From positions 19,489 through 83,488 of the forward strand of contig NIVC01003675.1 of NCBI GenBank assembly GCA_002269645.1: 64,000 bases of DNA. Direction: 5' to 3'. The notes below the pieces were generated by a model. It saw only the letters and a list, made by a program, of their open reading frames with translations, had not been told where the DNA came from and searched no databases. The position numbers and the translations under genes are program-made. Source of the stretch: Macrostomum lignano (lineage: Eukaryota). Below are positions 59,660 through 64,000 of this stretch, piece by piece (the first letter of the stretch is position 1; each line of letters starts with the position of its first letter).

Positions 59660-59719
59660 GTTGGTCTTTGTTTCTGCTTTGAGATTTGTTAATTAGCTTT
59701 ATGGTCTTTGTGATCTATG

Positions 59720-61690
59720 CTGGACTGGTGCTAGTCTTTGTCATGTGGATGGATTGCTAATCTTTGTAATTTGGGATGGATTGCTAGTATTTGTCATGTG
59801 GATGGATTGCTAGTCTTTGTCATTGAGTTGGATTGCTAGTCTTGTCATGTGGATAGATTGCTAGTCTTTGTCATGGGGATGGATTGCTAATCCTTGTAAT
59901 TTGGGATGGATTGCTAGTATTTGTCATGTGGATGGATTGCTAGTCTTTGTCATTGAGTTGGATTGCTAGTCTTGTCATGTGGATAGATTGCTAGTCTTTG
60001 TCATTGAGTTGGATTGCTAGTCTTGTCACGTGGATAGATTGCTAGTCTTTGTCATGTGGATGGATTGCTAGTCTTTGTCATGTGGATAGATTGCTAGTCT
60101 TGTCATGTGGATAGATTGCTAATCTTGTCATGTGGATAGATTGCTAGTCTTTGTCATGTGGATGGATTACTAATCTTTGTAATTTGGGATGGATTGCTAG
60201 TATTTGTCATGTGGATGGATTGCTAGTCTTTGTCATTGAGTTGGATTGCTAGTCTTTTTCATTTGGGTTGGATTGCTAGTCTTTGTCATTTGGGTTGGAT
60301 TGCTAGTCTTAGTCATTTGGGTTGGATTGCTAGTCTTTGTCATTTGGGTTGGATTGCTAGTCTTTGTCATTTGGGTTGGATTGCTAGTCTTTGTCATTTG
60401 GGTTGGATTGCTAGTCTTTGTCATTTGGGTTGGATTGCTAGTCTTTGTCATTTGGGTTGGATTGCTAGTCTTTGTCATTTGGGTTGGATTGCTAGTCTTT
60501 GTCATTTGGGTTGGATTGCTAGTCTTGTCATGTGGATAGATTGCTAGTCTTTGTCATGGGGATGGATTGCTAATCTTTGTAATTTGGGATGGATTGCTAG
60601 TATTTGTAATTTGGGATGGATTGCTAGTATTTGTCATTTGGGTTGGATTGCTAGTCTTGTTATGTGGATGGATTGCTAGTATTTGTCATGTGGATGGATT
60701 ACTAATCTTTGTAATTTGGGATGGATTGCTAGTATTTGTCATTGAGTTGGATTGCTAGTCTTTGTCATTGAGTTGGATTGCTAGTCTTTGTCATTGAGTT
60801 GGATTGCTAGTCTGTCATTGGGGATGGATTGCTAGTCTTTGTCATTTGGGTTGGATTGCTAGTCTTTGTCATTGGAGATGGATTGCTAGTCTTTGTCATT
60901 TGGGTTGGATTGCTAGTATTTGTCATGTGGATGGATTGCTAGTCTTTGTCATTGAGTTGGATTGCAAGTCTTTGTCATTGAGTTGGATTGCTAGTCTTTG
61001 TCATTGAGTTGGATTGCTAGTCTGTCATTGGGGATGGATTGCTAGTCTGTCATTGGGGATGGATTGCTAGTCTTTTTCATTTGGGTTGGATTGCTAGTCT
61101 TTGTCATTTGGGTTGGATTGCTAGTCTTTGTCATTTGGGATGGATTGCTAGTCTTTGTCATTTGGGATGGATTGCTAGTCTTTGTCATTGGGGATGGATT
61201 GCTAGTCTTTGTCATGTGGATAGATTGCTAGTCTTTGTCATGGGGATGGATTGCTAATCTTTGTAATTTGGGATGGATTGCTAGTATTTGTCATGTAGAT
61301 GGATTGCTAGTCTTTGTCATTGAGTTGGATTGCTAGTCTTTGTCATTGAGTTGGATTGCTAGTCTTTGTCATTGAGTTGGATTGCTAGTCTTGTCATGTG
61401 GATAGATTGCTAGTATTTGTCATTTGGGTTGGATTGCTAGTCTTTGTCATTTGGGTTGGATTGCTAGTCTTTGTCATTGGGATGGATTCTAGTCTTTGTC
61501 ATTTGGGATGGATTGCTAGTCTTTGTCATTGGGGATGGATTCTAGTCTTTGTCATTTGGGTTGGATTGCTAGTCTTTGTCATTGGGGATGGATTCTAGTC
61601 TTTGTCATTTGGGATGGATTGCTAGTCTTTGTCATGTGGATGAATTTCCTGACTCTGTTATCAAGATGCATCGCTAGTCTTTGTTTTGAA
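59720..61690. repeat. 27-bp minisatellite (GATTGCTAGTCTTTGTCATTTGGGTTG), about 2 kb, MIOS intron 7
   Basis: Directly visible; homogeneous block at about 60240-60530. Confidence 0.97.
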
Positions 61691-61799
61691 AATTGATTGC
61701 TAGTCTGTCCAATATTCATCATAGTCTTTGTGCTTCTAGCATCACATCGACGCGCTGGAATGAATTGCTCCAACAAGCCCTACCTACCGATTCAACCAG

Positions 61800-62191
61800 G
61801 TGCAATGCAAATTCTGCGGCAAGCGCATCAATCACTTGTTGACAGCCAAAGTTGGCGGCGGACCCGGCGGAGCGCAGCAGCGGTTCAGGCCGTTCAGCAG
61901 CGGCCAGGCCTCGGCCAGTGTCGACTTGGCAGCCGCGTCAGGCGGCGCCGTGGCCATGCTGAAGAGCAAGAACACGCCTGCATGAACTGCAAGAAAGCGC
62001 TTCCACGCTGCGAGATCTGCCTGATGCACCTCGGCGCTGAGGTGCCCGACGCTCAAACTGACTCGCCAGTGGCCTCCTGGTTCGTCTGGTGCCAGTCCTG
62101 CCGGCATGGCGGTCACGCGCAGCACCTTCGCGAATGGTTTCGCAGCAATACGGTGTGTCCGGTGACTGGCTGCAAGTGCAACTGTGCGTAG
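61800..62191 (+). CDS. MIOS: MIOS exon 8: zinc finger plus C-terminal RING, with an apparent 1-nt deletion near 61976
   Basis: Acceptor TTCAACCAG|GTG; VQCKFCGK...LKSKNT in one frame, then ACMNCKKALPRCEICL...WFVWCQSCRHGGHAQHLREWF...CPVTGCKCNC* in another. About 976 aa if one base is restored. Confidence 0.9.
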
Positions 62192-62279
62192 CCCGAGAAC
62201 ACCTGCTGGTGGAAGCGAAGCGAACAAAGAGACTTCTCTGCCGGAGCACATATAAAGGCAGTGACAAATATCGATTCTC

Positions 62280-63888
62280 AAATCCCAAATTCCATTATTT
62301 AAATCCCAAATCCCAGTATTTAGATCCCTAATCCAATTATTTAGTTTCCAAATCCCATTATTTCAATCCCAAATCTCATTATTTAAATCCCAAATCCCAT
62401 TACTTAGATCCCAAATCCCATTATTTAGATTCCAAATCCCATTATTTAAATCCCAAATCCCATTATTTAAATCCCAAATCCCATTATTTCAATCCCAAAT
62501 CCCATTATTTAAATCCCAAATCCCATTATTTAAATCCCAAATCCCATTATTTCAATTCAAATCCCAGTATTTAGATCCCAAATCCCATTATTTAGATCCC
62601 AAATCCCAGTATTTAGATCCCAAATCCCAGAATTCTGAATCCCAAATCCCAGAATTCTGAATCCCAAATCCCATTATTTAGATCCCAAATCCCATTATTT
62701 CAATCCCAAATCCCATTATTTAAATCCCAAATCCCATTATTTAAATCCCAAATCCCATTATTTCAATTCCAAATCCCAGTATTTAGATCCCAAATCCATT
62801 GTTTAGATCCCAATCCCAGTATTTAGATCCCAAATCCCAGTATTTAGATCCAAATCCCAGAATTCTGAATCCCAAATCCCATTATTTAGATCCCAAATCC
62901 CATTATTTAGATCCCAAATCCCATTATTTAGATCCCAAATCCCATTATTTAGATCCCTAATCCAATTATTTAGTTTCCAAATCCCATTATTTCAATCCCA
63001 AATCTCATTATTTAAATCCCAAATCCCATTACTTAGATCCCAAATCCATTATTTAGATTCCAAATCCCATTATTTCAATCCCTAATCCCATTATTTGGAT
63101 TCCAAATCCCATTATTTAAATCCCAAATCCCATTATTTAAATCCCAAAATCCCATTATTTAAATCCCAAATCCCATTATTTAGATCCCAAATCCCAGTAT
63201 TTAGATCCCAAATCCCATTATTTAGATCCCAAATCCCAGTATTTAGATCCCAAATCCCAGGATTCTGAATCCCAAATCCCAGAATTCTGAATCCCAAATC
63301 CCATTATTTAGATCCAAATCATCCATTATTTCAATCCCAAATCCCATTATTTAAATCCCAAATCCCATTATTTAAATCCCAAATCCCATTATTTCAATTC
63401 AAATCCCAGTATTTAGATCCCAAATCCCATTGTTTAGATCCCAAATCCCAGTATTTAGATCCAAATCCCAGTATTTAGATCCAAATCCCAGAATTCTGAA
63501 TCCAAATCCCATTATTTAGATCCCAAATCCCATTATTTAGATCCCAAATCCCATTATTTAGATCCCAAATCCCAGAATTCTGAATCCCAAATCCCATTAT
63601 TTAGATCCCAAATCCATTATTTTAGATCCCAAATCCCATTATTTAGATCCAAATCCCAGAATTCTGAATCCCAAATCCCATTATTTAGATCCAAATCCCA
63701 GTATTTAGATCCCAAATCCCAGTATTTAGATCCAAATCCCAGAATTCTGAATCCCAAATCCCATTATTTAGATCCAAATCCCATTATTTAGATCCCAAAT
63801 CCCAGTATTTAGATCCCAAATCCCAGAATTCTGAATCCCAAATCCATTATTTAGATCCCAAATCCCATATTTAGATCCCAAATCCCAA
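62280..63888. repeat. 21-bp ATCCC-core minisatellite (AAATCCCATTATTTAGATCCC), 1.6 kb, downstream of MIOS
   Basis: Directly visible, with CAGAATTCTGAA variants. Confidence 0.97.
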
Positions 63889-64000
63889 CTATGCTACTAC
63901 GCACGTGTTTGCTCAGTTCTGTAGGTGTAATAATCAGTGCTAATTAGTTTAATCAACCTGTACTCAACAGGTCCTACTAACAGCAGTGTGTGCCAGTATT

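Noticed and set aside
61832-62331. Overlapping ORFs around the MIOS last exon and a possible antisense gene using the 62280-63888 array as an intron
   Set aside because: Shadows of a GC-rich exon, with no convincing splice sites or homology.

Overview
Eukaryotic (metazoan) genomic DNA. GC-rich spliced exons sit among AT-rich, transposon-rich intergenic DNA, and most introns are filled with minisatellites. That architecture resembles the free-living flatworm Macrostomum, but the organism is my inference only. Genes reconstructed by hand from splice phases: the 3' part of an LRR (FBXL-like) gene (+, 1-324); a compact 3-exon GAB/DOS-family PH-domain adaptor (-, 8217-3093); a 4-exon prolidase/PEPD (+, 26478-33425); an intronless secreted PAN-like + C-type lectin gene nested on the same strand in PEPD intron 2 and bracketed by two inverted copies of a tRNA-derived SINE; a 2-exon TAPT1 (+, 48019-50503); and an 8-exon MIOS (GATOR2) gene (+, 53258-62191) with an apparent 1-nt frameshift before its C-terminal RING. 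Mobile DNA: a full-length but damaged mariner (DD34N, premature stop), a long-TIR internally deleted mariner, several MITE/hAT-like elements, a 45-bp perfect palindrome flanked by a 7-bp direct repeat, and a candidate 7.4-kb non-autonomous Helitron carrying a 5.7-kb 22/23-bp satellite with higher-order structure. Most ORFs in the supplied track are translations of tandem repeats or antisense shadows of real exons. No database searches could be run; family assignments rest on motifs recalled from known proteins.
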